A stretch of 64,000 nucleotides of DNA from Janthinobacterium lividum. Its GTDB lineage: Bacteria; Bacteroidota; Bacteroidia; Sphingobacteriales; Sphingobacteriaceae. Every line of letters starts with the position of its first letter. The stretch's first letter is position 1. The notes beneath the pieces were generated by a model. The model ran no database searches, was not told the DNA's origin, and was given only the letters and a program-made list of their open reading frames with translations. The stretch is from NCBI GenBank assembly GCA_050954285.1, contig JBPBPL010000016.1, positions 4,858-68,857 on the forward strand, given 5' to 3'. Shown piece by piece: positions 1 to 10,264 of the stretch. The position numbers and the translations under genes are program-made.

Positions 1-2664
1 CAAATAGTTAGCTGATCCATCGTGAAAGGTCGGCTGGCTGTTATCAAAACTTAATTGACCAGATAGTGTATAAGTGTCTTTATTTCCATCAGCAAGTTTG
101 CATCTTACTTTGCTGTAATTGGATGTACCTATAGAAACAGAGTTATCCCCTTTCTCATAAGCATAATTTCCTGTGCTGAAATTTGTTGGCTGCGTTATAA
201 CACTCCATATGCTATTTCCAGTAAAGTTAGTTGCGTTGACAGGCAAAGCGTTTAGAAGGTTTGCTGTATCGACTATTGGTGTTACCGGAGCACTTACACT
301 TAATGGCAAAGACATTTCTTTAACAGAAGACAGATTACTAACTTTTATCAAATGTATGCCTGCGTGTTTGCTTTCATCACAATACACATAATATAAATCA
401 CTACCAACTTTCGCGAGCTGCGTTTTGAAAGAATTACCGGCCCAATAACTTGTATTTTGCGTATAGCTAACCCGGACATTGTCTGTTCCGAACTGGCCGA
501 TGAACAGGCCATCTTCGTTAAAGTGATTGGTGTAAGTTGTTTCCGTGAACCTGCCCAGCTCGCAGTTGACATGCCAAAAAATATTTGCCCCGTTAATATC
601 TGCCCGGCATTGATTGGACTGGCCAGAATAGTCAAACCAGCCATTGCGTGAAAACTCACCACCGTAACTTTCCGGCAAGCTCTTGCTGGCCAGCCATTCC
701 CATTTGTTATCACCTGTTTTGATAGAACCTAAATGATAACCTTTGCCAGTTGTAACCCCATTGAACACCGGACCATAAAATTGATCAAAAAAGAAATACC
801 GGTTAGGGTTTGTTGAGGCCCCAAAAGTGTTATTGATGTAGAAAACCGGCTGACCGGGGTTTGTTGCAAAAGCAGGCGTAGTTACAATGGTAGTATAGGT
901 ACCCCAGACAGGCGTTTGCGAACCGTCAGCGTTAGAAGTAAAACCCGTCAGGTTTGCTTTTCGGATGACGCTAAGACCGGAATTGTCAAAATCGCGTGCC
1001 CATAAACTGCCGTCTTGTTCCAGCACCTGATTATTGAGATTAATACCGGTAAAGAGAATAGCTCCGGTAGGCAGCAAGTCGTACAATTTTCCACCGCCAA
1101 TACCATATTGATGGTTATTATTTAGCGTTACAACCTGATCAAACTGACCGTAAGTATCTAGATCGGTTGTTGAAAACCAGTTATATCTAAGCTCCCAGCT
1201 ATGGTTGATATCAGTCGTAACCTTACTAAAATCTACCTGATATTCCAAAGCATCGGCAAACATGGATGCAGGGTTGTTCGGGTCTATATTAACACTGCGG
1301 CAAAACGGTACGTAGGAGATTTTCTCTATAAATGTCCGGCCAGTATTATAATGCATCAAGCGGTAGTTTCCCGGATCGAACACCCAAAAAGAACCATCGG
1401 GCTGATAGGTAATGGCCGCATTTCGAGTTACCGGTGAATTGTCCCCACGTTTGTTATGGAACAGAAACCTATAGTCGGTTACGGCTGGATTAGTTGCATT
1501 ACCACCAGCTGAACCTAAAACAACACCGCTTGGCGCACCCGTGCTCGCATTGTAAAATTTAATCTGGTGGCTTGATCGGTCTGTTACAGCAAGCTCACCA
1601 CCATTTGAAATGGCTATTGCATCGCTTTGAACAGGTAAACTCATTCCGGTTATTATTACAGAGCCATCTGAGCTTGTAACATACTGTGTTACCTGATTAT
1701 TTAAACTAATCCATAAATAATTCTGATAAAGGGCAATGCTTGCAGCACGAAAAGATAATTTGTTTTTTTTAATCAGAGAAATTTTATTGGTTATACTATA
1801 AACTTCGATAGTAGAATCTGATCTCCCAACGAAAATATAACTGTCATTTAAGGCAATGCAATCAATATTATTATTACTTACACCGAATACAGAGTTGTAC
1901 AATCTACCATCAATTCCGATCCTCGCTTTAGTAGTACCTGCTGGAAATATAACTTCGCTGTCATCGCTAATATTTGTGGCAAAGAGAAAGTTCGGGGCAG
2001 GATAATCATGGACACTACCAGAATAAGGGTCTGCACCACCCCAAAACACCATTGTGCTATTTTTTGCAACACAGTTCACGGCCATAGTTTGAGAGCCTTC
2101 TAAAACATTATAAGCTGCGCCCAAATCGCTTAACGGTATTTTCTGGTGCTTTTCATCACGTTCTGCATACCCTTCTGCCAAGTATAGATTATTTGCTGTA
2201 CATGCAATACCAAAAAAACCATTTCCGGGATTAATCTGGTTATTAATATGACTGTCCGAACTGTTGCCAATCACACCCAACCAGTCATACTGCACATTAT
2301 TGAAAAGGGCCTTCACTGTATAGGTGCCATATGGTGCAATCGTAATGCCATCATCTAAATATCCATCCCATTGCCCAACATAGCATCCTGCATCATATTT
2401 TACACCACTCCACAGGGTGCGGACTAAATTACCATCTGCATTATATACACCGGCAGAAGTGTTTACAGAACTAGTTAGTTCAAAATTGAAGATACCATTG
2501 ATCGTACTTGCAGCGGTGTCAGAATTTGCATTTAACGTATTGTTATTGATAATAATTGTTGCTTTTGAGGTAACATTATAACAACAATCAATTTTTTTAA
2601 CCTGCTGGGCATCTAATTTGGGAGAAATAATTAACAATATAAATATGTAATGAAATATTCTCAT
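1..2664 (-). CDS. large secreted hypothetical protein; 3' end lies outside the window (888 codons visible)
   Basis: Absent from the ORF track because there is no stop in the window. I checked every in-frame triplet from 1 to 2664 and found no TTA/CTA/TCA (minus-strand stops). The ATG at 2664-2662 is preceded by an in-frame stop at 2665-2667. The N-terminus MRIFHYIFILLIISPKLDAQQ is signal-peptide-like. Track ORFs within 173-2072 are short and out of frame. Confidence 0.75.
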   Translation of the reverse strand, partial: MRIFHYIFILLIISPKLDAQQVKKIDCCYNVTSKATIIINNNTLNANSDTAASTINGIFNFELTSSVNTSAGVYNADGNLVRTLWSGVKYDAGCYVGQWDGYLDDGITIAPYGTYTVKALFNNVQYDWLGVIGNSSDSHINNQINPGNGFFGIACTANNLYLAEGYAERDEKHQKIPLSDLGAAYNVLEGSQTMAVNCVAKNSTMVFWGGADPYSGSVHDYPAPNFLFATNISDDSEVIFPAGTTKARIGIDGRLYNSVFGVSNNNIDCIALNDSYIFVGRSDSTIEVYSITNKISLIKKNKLSFRAASIALYQNYLWISLNNQVTQYVTSSDGSVIITGMSLPVQSDAIAISNGGELAVTDRSSHQIKFYNASTGAPSGVVLGSAGGNATNPAVTDYRFLFHNKRGDNSPVTRNAAITYQPDGSFWVFDPGNYRLMHYNTGRTFIEKISYVPFCRSVNIDPNNPASMFADALEYQVDFSKVTTDINHSWELRYNWFSTTDLDTYGQFDQVVTLNNNHQYGIGGGKLYDLLPTGAILFTGINLNNQVLEQDGSLWARDFDNSGLSVIRKANLTGFTSNADGSQTPVWGTYTTIVTTPAFATNPGQPVFYINNTFGASTNPNRYFFFDQFYGPVFNGVTTGKGYHLGSIKTGDNKWEWLASKSLPESYGGEFSRNGWFDYSGQSNQCRADINGANIFWHVNCELGRFTETTYTNHFNEDGLFIGQFGTDNVRVSYTQNTSYWAGNSFKTQLAKVGSDLYYVYCDESKHAGIHLIKVSNLSSVKEMSLPLSVSAPVTPIVDTANLLNALPVNATNFTGNSIWSVITQPTNFSTGNYAYEKGDNSVSIGTSNYSKVRCKLADGNKDTYTLSGQLSFDNSQPTFHDGSANYL

Positions 2665-2929
2665 CTAATAATATTAAACCAAAAAAATAAATCTAGTTGA
2701 ATTTTATATAATATTTAGCAAGAAAACAAATAATTTCGTAAAACTTAATTGTTTTTGTTGCAAAATTGATTTATTAATTACTTTATATATACCATCCTTG
2801 TAACGACTAATTTGCTCAAAAAGTTATTCAGTATAAAGAATTATCATAGCAAAAGGGCTTACAGGCAAATAATATATTCTTCAAAAAATACTTTTTAAGG
2901 AGCGTTATTTAATTGCATTAAAATTAAAA

Positions 2930-3024
2930 ATGCTTCTTTTATGCCTGTAAATTTTGTTTTTGAAAATTGATGCTTACATAAAAAAGCACAGTAAATTTTA
3001 AAATTCAAGTGATAAAAGAAGCAT
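2930..3024. repeat. 95-bp composite element bounded by inverted family-A motif copies
   Basis: ATGCTTCTTTTATGCCTGTAAATTT at 2930 (+) and GATAAAAGAAGCAT at 3011-3024 (-). Homologous along its length to 57763-57857. Confidence 0.9.
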
Positions 3025-3277
3025 TGAAGAAATCATAAATAAAATTTAAATGTGCTTTTAATTGTACAAAAGTTAGTTAAACCAATAGCTAGGCATAATG
3101 AGTATATAAATGCGAAATGTTAATATATAAATAGGATCTGCTTGTAAAAACAGATTGTCTTCATAAAATCTTTTTGACCCAAGCTTTCGTACTTATTTAA
3201 ACTAAAACTCATTTAATTAAAAACAAATATTATTTAGCTGTGTATATTTCGCATTAACTATTTAAAACCAATATATT

Positions 3278-3751
3278 ATGAAAACCAAATTATTATTTTC
3301 TACTGTTTTAGCTTCATTTTTATTTTTTTTGGGTGTGAAAGCAATTGATTCTCACTCGGCCAAAAAAGTTTATTCCAAAATTACTGCTGATGATAAAAGT
3401 GCGCTGATTGCCGAAGTGACCCGCAACATCGAATACGATTTTGCTAAAGCTTCTGTTAGAAAAAACTATTATGACAACCTGAATAAGCTGGCAAAAGTAG
3501 TGATTGATGATGATTATGTAATATCTCTTCGCGGACATGCAGATTCTATTGGTCAGTACAAACCGAACTGGGTATTGTCAGAAAAAAGAGCCGTAGAAGT
3601 AAAAGACTACTTGATTTCAAAAGGCGTTAAGAAAGACCGGATTGTAGCTATACCTTACGGAAGTACAATACCCATTGCAACAAATAAAACTGCTGAAGGC
3701 AGACAAAAAAATAGGAGAGTAGAAATTAAATTAAAGGAAATCAGCAAGTAA
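3278..3751 (+). CDS. OmpA-family (OmpA C-terminal-like, peptidoglycan-associating) protein
   Basis: Signal peptide MKTKLLFSTVLASFLFFLGVKA. C-terminal LRGHADSIG...SEKRAVEVKDYL...GRQKNRRVEIK is the classic OmpA_C motif set. Confidence 0.85.
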   Translation: MKTKLLFSTVLASFLFFLGVKAIDSHSAKKVYSKITADDKSALIAEVTRNIEYDFAKASVRKNYYDNLNKLAKVVIDDDYVISLRGHADSIGQYKPNWVLSEKRAVEVKDYLISKGVKKDRIVAIPYGSTIPIATNKTAEGRQKNRRVEIKLKEISK

Positions 3752-3792
3752 ACCTCATTTGCTGAGTCAATTAAATTTTTATAAGAACTCTA

Positions 3793-3806
3793 ATGCTTCT
3801 TTTATC
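3793..3806 (+). repeat. family-A dispersed motif copy
   Basis: ATGCTTCTTTTATCGTATTAAAATG, 42 nt after the OmpA-like stop. Confidence 0.9.
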
Positions 3807-4082
3807 GTATTAAAATGTGTTTACCTTAATAAAATAGTTTGATCAATAAAAGCAACAACATATAATTTTCGGTTTTATGTTGAAGGCAAAACCGGGTTTG
3901 TCCATTTGTAATTAAATTTAATTATTTTGAATTTTTGTTAAATGAACTCCTGATATAATAAAAATTTATCAGGAGTTCTTATATCGAACGATAAAAATTT
4001 TAATATAATCATCTATTTCTTATCAAATTTTTAAACTATTTTTGTATATTGTTTTTGCTATAAAACCTTTAAAATTCTTAAA

Positions 4083-4871
4083 ATGAAGTTAAATTTTAGC
4101 CTTGTCTTCTTGTTTCTGCTTTATCAGTTAACACTTTCTTCCTGTGTTGATGTCAAAAAAACAATCTATTTTGCTAATCAAAAAGATACAACAATCAATT
4201 CAAAAAATGAGGCTCCGTTAACTTACATTCAACCAAATGATCTGTTAAGTATAGCAGTAAGTAGTTTGAATCCTGCTGCAACAGCAATTTTCAATACGCC
4301 AAATAATTCTTACGTTAGTTCTTCTTCTGCTTCGGGCGTAAACTTGCAATCTCCTGGTTATCTTGTGAATACAGATGGTAACATCCAGTTTGCGGTTATC
4401 GGTAATATTAAAGTTACCGGCTTGACTACTACACAATTAAAAGATCAAATTACAAAGGAATTGCTGGACAGAAAATTATTAATTGATCCGGTGGTAGTGG
4501 TAAGGCAGTTAAATTTTAAAGTAAGTGTATTGGGCGAAGTTGCTCATCCAACGGTATTAAATGTTCCAAGTGAGAAAATATCACTTCTGGAAGCTTTAGG
4601 TTTGGCTGGCGACATAACCGTTTATGGTAGGAAAGATGATGTTTTAGTGATCAGAGAGGAAAACGGAAAAAAGACGTTTAAGCGTTTAAATCTGAATTCC
4701 AGTCAACTTTTTTATTCGCCTTATTATTACCTTAAATCCAATGATATTGTATATGTTGAAGCAAATAAAGCTAGGATAACAAGTTCAGGCCAGACGGTAA
4801 TTATATTACCAATCATTCTGAGTGGATTGTCTTTTATTGCAATTATTGTTTCTAATATAATAAGAAGATAA
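4083..4871 (+). CDS. wza: polysaccharide export protein (Wza-like, Poly_export + SLBB)
   Basis: Lipoprotein-like N-terminus (LTLSSC). Has a PNDLLSI segment, the SLBB-like VSVLGEVAHP...LLEALGLAGDIT, and a C-terminal TM segment. Sits directly upstream of the Wzc-like gene. Confidence 0.85.
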   Translation: MKLNFSLVFLFLLYQLTLSSCVDVKKTIYFANQKDTTINSKNEAPLTYIQPNDLLSIAVSSLNPAATAIFNTPNNSYVSSSSASGVNLQSPGYLVNTDGNIQFAVIGNIKVTGLTTTQLKDQITKELLDRKLLIDPVVVVRQLNFKVSVLGEVAHPTVLNVPSEKISLLEALGLAGDITVYGRKDDVLVIREENGKKTFKRLNLNSSQLFYSPYYYLKSNDIVYVEANKARITSSGQTVIILPIILSGLSFIAIIVSNIIRR

Positions 4872-4881
4872 TTTAATAACA

Positions 4882-7209
4882 ATGAATAGAAAAATCTCCG
4901 AAAATAAGGATTCTAATTTCAGCAGTAGTTTCATATTTAGATACCTACCTTATTGGCCTTTGTTTTTACTTTTAACAGTGCTTGCAATGGCTGGTGCTTG
5001 GTTTTATTTAAAAATGGCAGTTCCTATTTACGAAACCAATGCAAGAATTTTAATTAAAGATGAAAAAAAAGGTTCTGAAGATTCAAAAACACTCGAGTCT
5101 TTGGATTTAATCTCTCCTAAAAAAATCATTGATAATGAAATGGAGGTAATTCAATCCAAAACATTGTTAAATGAAGTTGTTAAAAATCTTAATTTATATG
5201 CACCTGTTACCGAAGAGAAAAGATTTAATAGTATTTCTGCTTATGCAAGTTCTCCAATAATAGTAGTTACAGATACAAATAATATAAAGCAAGTTGCAAA
5301 AGTTTATTTTACAACGGATAGCAATCACGTAAAAATTGGTAACAACTCTTATTTGATTAATGAATGGGTTAATACTCCTTTTGGCAGGATAAAATTTAAG
5401 TCGAACAAATACCATTCTGTTTTAGAGCCTGATAAAAAGCTTTATTTTTCCATTATCGATCCTAAACAAGTTGTTTCCTCATTGTCTTCCAGGGTTAAAG
5501 TAACTGCTGCCAATAAGTTGTCAAGTATTATTAATATTAGTTTTACAGATGAAAATCCTACCAGGGGAGAAGATATTGTAAATGAATTGATTAAAGTTTA
5601 TAATGAATCTATCATTGATGATAAAAATACCCTGGCAAGTAATACTTCCAAATTTATAGAAGAAAGACTTGCACAGGTAGGAGATGACCTTGTTAAAATA
5701 GAACACAAGCAACAGGCATACAAAGCAAATAAAGGTGCAGTGGATGTGGATACACAAGGCAAATTGTTTTTAGAAAATGTAAGTAGTAATGATCAAAAAG
5801 TTAGCGAAGTCAATACTAAACTTTCTGTTTTAAATCAGGTAGAAAATTCTGTCCGATCCAAAGATTTGTCTGGTGGCATTGTGCCTTCTATGGCAGGAGT
5901 AGATGATCCAAGTTTAACTCAGATGGTAAAAAACTTATATGAGTTAGAGATTCAAGCTGAAAGTTTAAGGAAAACGACCGGGGAGAATAATCCAGTGATA
6001 ATCTCATATACTGACCAAATAAAAAAAATCAGACCACAGATTCTTGAGAATGTTAGGAACCAAAGGCAAAGTTTAGAAGCAAGTAAAAAAAACCTTTCTG
6101 CTACCAATACTTCTTATAGTTCTGTTTTGCAGGAAATGCCGGAAACGCAAAGGCAATTGGTTGATATTAATCGGGAACAGACTGAAAAAAGTAATTTATA
6201 TACTTTTCTATTAAACAAAAAAGAAGAAACAGAGCTATCTTATGTTTCCAATGTTTTTGGTAATAAAGTGATTGATCGTGCAGAATCGGGAGAAAACCCG
6301 GTTAGTCCTAAAAAGAGATTTGTTTATTTAAGTGCTATTTTAATGGCCTTAATCTCCGGTTTTGGAGTGGTTGTTGGGAAGGAAACATTGAGAAGCAAAG
6401 TAATGTTCCAAAAAGAAATTGAAGATTTAACTCAGCTTCCTGTAATTGGAGAAATCACTGCCGAAAAATCTAAAAATTCGATTGTGATTGGTAATAACCA
6501 AAAAACTTTAATCGCTGAACAGTTCCGAAAATTAAGAACAACACTGAACTATTTAGGAATTGGAGCTAAACAAAAGCGGATTTTAATTACATCAGCAATA
6601 TCTGGGGAAGGAAAAAGCTTTGTTGCAGCAAATTTAGCTGTCAGTCTTGCATTAACCGGTAAAAAAGTAGTATTGTTGGATTTTGATTTGAACAATCCTT
6701 CATTGGCTAATAAGCTTAATATTGATTCTGATCATTTAGGAATTACAGAATTTTTGCAAGGAACAGCAAGTCCTGATAAAATTATTCGCTCAACTGAAAT
6801 TGATGAAAATCTTTCGTTTATCTCTACCGGAAAACTTCCTAAAAATCCTTCAGAATTAATTATGAATGGTAAAGCGGAAGATTTGCTTAATTATTTGGAT
6901 GGGATATTTGATTATATTGTGATTGATATTGCGCCGGTTGGACCGGTTTCGGATGCATATATTGTATCTCCATTTTGTGATGCTACGCTTTATATCGTAA
7001 GACATGGTTATACACCAAAAGTATTTATTGAAAGAATTGACGAAAATAACCGGTTAAACAAACTTACCAATGCTGCAATAGTATTTAATGGCGTATCAAG
7101 CAGAGGAATTGGAAGTAAATACGGTTATGGATATGGGTACGGCTATGGGTATGGATATACTTATGAGGATAAAAAAAGCAATAAATTTTTAACAAGTTCT
7201 AAAAAGTAA
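4882..7209 (+). CDS. wzc: chain-length determinant / tyrosine autokinase (Wzc/GumC-like BY-kinase)
   Basis: Two TM segments flank a long coiled periplasmic region. Walker A is SAISGEGKSFVAANLA. The C-terminal tyrosine cluster YGYGYGYGYGYTY lies at 7120-7158. Confidence 0.9.
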   Translation: MNRKISENKDSNFSSSFIFRYLPYWPLFLLLTVLAMAGAWFYLKMAVPIYETNARILIKDEKKGSEDSKTLESLDLISPKKIIDNEMEVIQSKTLLNEVVKNLNLYAPVTEEKRFNSISAYASSPIIVVTDTNNIKQVAKVYFTTDSNHVKIGNNSYLINEWVNTPFGRIKFKSNKYHSVLEPDKKLYFSIIDPKQVVSSLSSRVKVTAANKLSSIINISFTDENPTRGEDIVNELIKVYNESIIDDKNTLASNTSKFIEERLAQVGDDLVKIEHKQQAYKANKGAVDVDTQGKLFLENVSSNDQKVSEVNTKLSVLNQVENSVRSKDLSGGIVPSMAGVDDPSLTQMVKNLYELEIQAESLRKTTGENNPVIISYTDQIKKIRPQILENVRNQRQSLEASKKNLSATNTSYSSVLQEMPETQRQLVDINREQTEKSNLYTFLLNKKEETELSYVSNVFGNKVIDRAESGENPVSPKKRFVYLSAILMALISGFGVVVGKETLRSKVMFQKEIEDLTQLPVIGEITAEKSKNSIVIGNNQKTLIAEQFRKLRTTLNYLGIGAKQKRILITSAISGEGKSFVAANLAVSLALTGKKVVLLDFDLNNPSLANKLNIDSDHLGITEFLQGTASPDKIIRSTEIDENLSFISTGKLPKNPSELIMNGKAEDLLNYLDGIFDYIVIDIAPVGPVSDAYIVSPFCDATLYIVRHGYTPKVFIERIDENNRLNKLTNAAIVFNGVSSRGIGSKYGYGYGYGYGYGYTYEDKKSNKFLTSSKK

Positions 7210-7254
7210 ATAGGATTTAGCTTTATCTAGTAATCTGTTCTTTAAAATTTAGGT

Positions 7255-7268
7255 TATAAAAGAAGTAT
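7255..7268 (-). repeat. family-A dispersed motif copy
   Basis: Reverse complement reads ATACTTCTTTTATAACCTAAATTTTAAAG. Lies 46 nt after the wzc stop. Confidence 0.9.
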
Positions 7269-7868
7269 AACGTTTTGAATTTATTATAAATCCAGCTTAG
7301 AATTATTTTTCGATTGATACAAGTATATGCTTCATCTGTTTAAGGAAAATTGGCAATATCTGCTCTAATTTTTAGTTAATATTAACCTGCATAAATAAAG
7401 TAGATATTATATATCAACTCATAACAATCCAGAATAACTATTTCGTTTAGTAAAAGTAATTGGATGGCGTTTTATATATATAGTGATAAGATACCCCTTC
7501 TTTAAAAATTTCACATTTAGAAGCACTATATAATGATATCAAATCTGTAAAGCAGGTTTTCAAAATAGTCAACCATAGGTTCAATAGAGTCTGATTTAAC
7601 TGATATAAAAGAAATACAAAAGTCTTATATCTATTATTGTTCATATATGATTTATATAGTTAAAAAATCATCTAGCGTACATCGAAATATTAGCAGATGC
7701 AGATTTTACTGATGTTTATATATCGAAAGCACTTTTGCACGAAAATTTTATTTATCGAAAGATTTTATTTTTTTTATTTTATAGATTCTAATTGTTTATA
7801 TAACCGTATAAGAGCTTAAATTATAATATACTTTTATACTTAAATTTGTTGAGTTTTAATTTTTGTTC

Positions 7869-9428
7869 ATGAATAAAAAAGTTTTAAGGTGGAATTTTGT
7901 CTTTCAATATGGTTATGTTTTAACCAATATTTTTAATTCAATCATTTTACTTCCGCTTTATGTTAAACATATTGATGCTGCAACTTTAGGGATTTGGTTG
8001 GCAACTGGAAATGTGTTAAACTGGATTACCCTGACTGATCCCGGAGTTGGAGACGTTTTGCAACAAAAAATCGCAGAACTTAAAGGTAAAAAATTAAATA
8101 AAGAAGTTGGTTTAACCATTGGAGCTGGTTTATTTGCGTCAGCTATAATTTTAATTTTTTCTATTCTAGTTGGTTTTGTTTTTTACTTTCTTTTAGGCAC
8201 CATAATCAATAAGGATGTGTCTATTTATCCGCATTTACAAACAGCCCTAATGCTTTCGATTATTGCTATTGGTATGTCTTTGGTATCATTTAGTATGTCT
8301 GGCATTAATCAAGGTTTACAAAATTCTGCTGATGTTGCTATTGCTACTATTCTGGCAAACGTCTTGTTTCTTATTACAAATGTTATTCTGTTGTACAAAG
8401 GTTTTGGGGTCATATCTATTGCTTTTTCTAATTTAACAAGGTCTGTTTTTATCAATATTTACAACTTTGTTTCTATGATGAAAGTCATGAAGTTTGAGCA
8501 ACTCAAAATGGAATTTGATTTTGCATTTTTCAAAAAGTTTATCAAAATATTTTCTTTCACCTCTATCTCCCGGATCATAACCGGTTTATCCGGAAGCATT
8601 GATATGATTATGCTTGCCCGTTTTATACCTCCTGGTATGATCACTGTTTATGAAATTAACAAGCGGCCAATTAACATGACTGCAGGTTTAATTGGCCGTC
8701 ATTCTGTAGCATTAATGCCCTTAATTTCGCATGGTAAGGGTACAGGTAATGAAGAAAGCGTGATTAAATTTATTGGCAGTCAGTTCAAAATTTACTCGTA
8801 TGCCGTTTTATTCGCAGCATTAATGTTCTGGCTTACTTACCGAAATCTGATTTCTGCCTGGACAGGTAGTTCCAAGTTCGCCGGTGATACTATTTTATAC
8901 TTTTTGATTGCCAACTTCTTTTTAGGTTTAATAGGATATTTCATGTCTAACATGTGTTATGCTTTGGGAGACATAAAAATGAACAGCTTAATTAACATGG
9001 TAAAAGGAGCATTGCTGGGTGTAACCATGTATTTTGTTGCTCAAAAATATGGTATCATAGGCACCCTTTGTGTGTTTCTATTTATTGGTTCATTTACAGA
9101 TATTTTTTATTTTTCATACCGGCTTTTTAAACTTGGATTTTTAAAAGCTGCTGTGGTTAAAAATATTTTTGGTATCTGGACGATCATTGTACCGTTAAGT
9201 TTGCTAGCAGGTTGGGGATGTAATTTATTAACAAGCCATCTGTTTGCCGCAAATGTTTACTTGTTAAAGTTGTTAGTTAGTGGTTCTGTTTTTACAGTTT
9301 TCTTTGCAATAGTTGTGTTATTGTTTGATAAAGAAATGCGGAATACTATAAAAGATTTAAAAGATAAATTTTTAACTGGTCCTTTTTTCAAGCTGAAAAG
9401 AACTGAATCGTCTATTGAACAAATTTGA
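7869..9428 (+). CDS. wzx: polysaccharide flippase (Wzx, MOP superfamily)
   Basis: About 12-14 hydrophobic segments across roughly 520 aa, in an EPS locus. The track starts at TTG 7863; the ATG at 7869 (MNKKVLRW...) is more likely. Confidence 0.75.
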   Translation: MNKKVLRWNFVFQYGYVLTNIFNSIILLPLYVKHIDAATLGIWLATGNVLNWITLTDPGVGDVLQQKIAELKGKKLNKEVGLTIGAGLFASAIILIFSILVGFVFYFLLGTIINKDVSIYPHLQTALMLSIIAIGMSLVSFSMSGINQGLQNSADVAIATILANVLFLITNVILLYKGFGVISIAFSNLTRSVFINIYNFVSMMKVMKFEQLKMEFDFAFFKKFIKIFSFTSISRIITGLSGSIDMIMLARFIPPGMITVYEINKRPINMTAGLIGRHSVALMPLISHGKGTGNEESVIKFIGSQFKIYSYAVLFAALMFWLTYRNLISAWTGSSKFAGDTILYFLIANFFLGLIGYFMSNMCYALGDIKMNSLINMVKGALLGVTMYFVAQKYGIIGTLCVFLFIGSFTDIFYFSYRLFKLGFLKAAVVKNIFGIWTIIVPLSLLAGWGCNLLTSHLFAANVYLLKLLVSGSVFTVFFAIVVLLFDKEMRNTIKDLKDKFLTGPFFKLKRTESSIEQI

Positions 9429-9458
9429 TAAGAACCAGTATTATTCATTTTTATATAT

Positions 9459-10259
9459 ATGCCAAAATTGGTTTTATTACTTCGGATCAAAGACGGGATA
9501 TTTTTCGTTCAGGAATGGCTGAACAATGTAGAAAAATTGGTTGACGAAATTGTTGTGGTGGATAATGGGTCTACTGATGGTACTTTTGAGCTATTACAAG
9601 CGCACCCAAAAGTGGTTGATATTGACCGGACAGAAGGTTTCAACGAAGGCCGAGATAAAAATCTGGTTTATGCCATGGCCAGGAAACGAAATCCGGATTG
9701 GTGCCTTTGGATTGATGTTGATGAAATTTTTGAGCCAGAATTAACCAGAGCAGATTTCGACCGGTTAATGCTTAGAAAAGCAGTTAACAAGTATCGATTC
9801 AGGCGTTTTCATTTTATTGATCGGGAACACTTTGCAGGTTCGCCTGCCAGGCTACATTATTCTGCAGGGCATGATCGTGTGCTTTGGCGTGAATCTCCAA
9901 CAGGTTATTTTGAAGATTTCATTATTGATTCACCAATGGTGAAAGGTATAAACGGCATACAGATCAACACAGATTTCAGGATAAAACACTTAGGTTATAT
10001 TAACAAAGCCATTGTAGATCGAAAAGCAGATATTTATCGTGCCATCATTCCTGAAAAAGAAGAGACTTTTCAGGAAATGTATTTGCAAAATGAAAAAAAG
10101 ATAAAATGGGTCGATAAAAGAAGTAGTCCGGAAGTACGCAAACTCAATTGGTATTTATCTTATCTCCGACTGAAAACCTTACTGCCCAGAATTTTTAACA
10201 AAGTTTTTGGTATGGTAAAAAAAGCATTTATCAAAATTGGTCAGCCTCAAACAGTATAA
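9459..10259 (+). CDS. family 2 glycosyltransferase
   Basis: VVVDNGSTDGT nucleotide-sugar binding motif and a WIDVDE DxD-like motif. Confidence 0.8.
   Translation: MPKLVLLLRIKDGIFFVQEWLNNVEKLVDEIVVVDNGSTDGTFELLQAHPKVVDIDRTEGFNEGRDKNLVYAMARKRNPDWCLWIDVDEIFEPELTRADFDRLMLRKAVNKYRFRRFHFIDREHFAGSPARLHYSAGHDRVLWRESPTGYFEDFIIDSPMVKGINGIQINTDFRIKHLGYINKAIVDRKADIYRAIIPEKEETFQEMYLQNEKKIKWVDKRSSPEVRKLNWYLSYLRLKTLLPRIFNKVFGMVKKAFIKIGQPQTV
10113..10126 (-). repeat. family-A motif copy (13/14) inside the GT2 CDS
   Basis: GATAAAAGAAGTAG, read as V-D-K-R-S-S. Confidence 0.75.
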
Positions 10260-10264
10260 GTACG

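Noticed and set aside
173-2072. Track ORFs 173-391, 348-713, 457-651, 1201-1437 and 1878-2072.
   Set aside because: All are short and out of frame with the verified 888-codon minus-strand ORF that spans the region.
7120-7158. The YGYGYGYGYGYTY-coding microsatellite-like stretch at the 3' end of wzc.
   Set aside because: This is the normal C-terminal tyrosine cluster of BY-kinases, not an anomaly.
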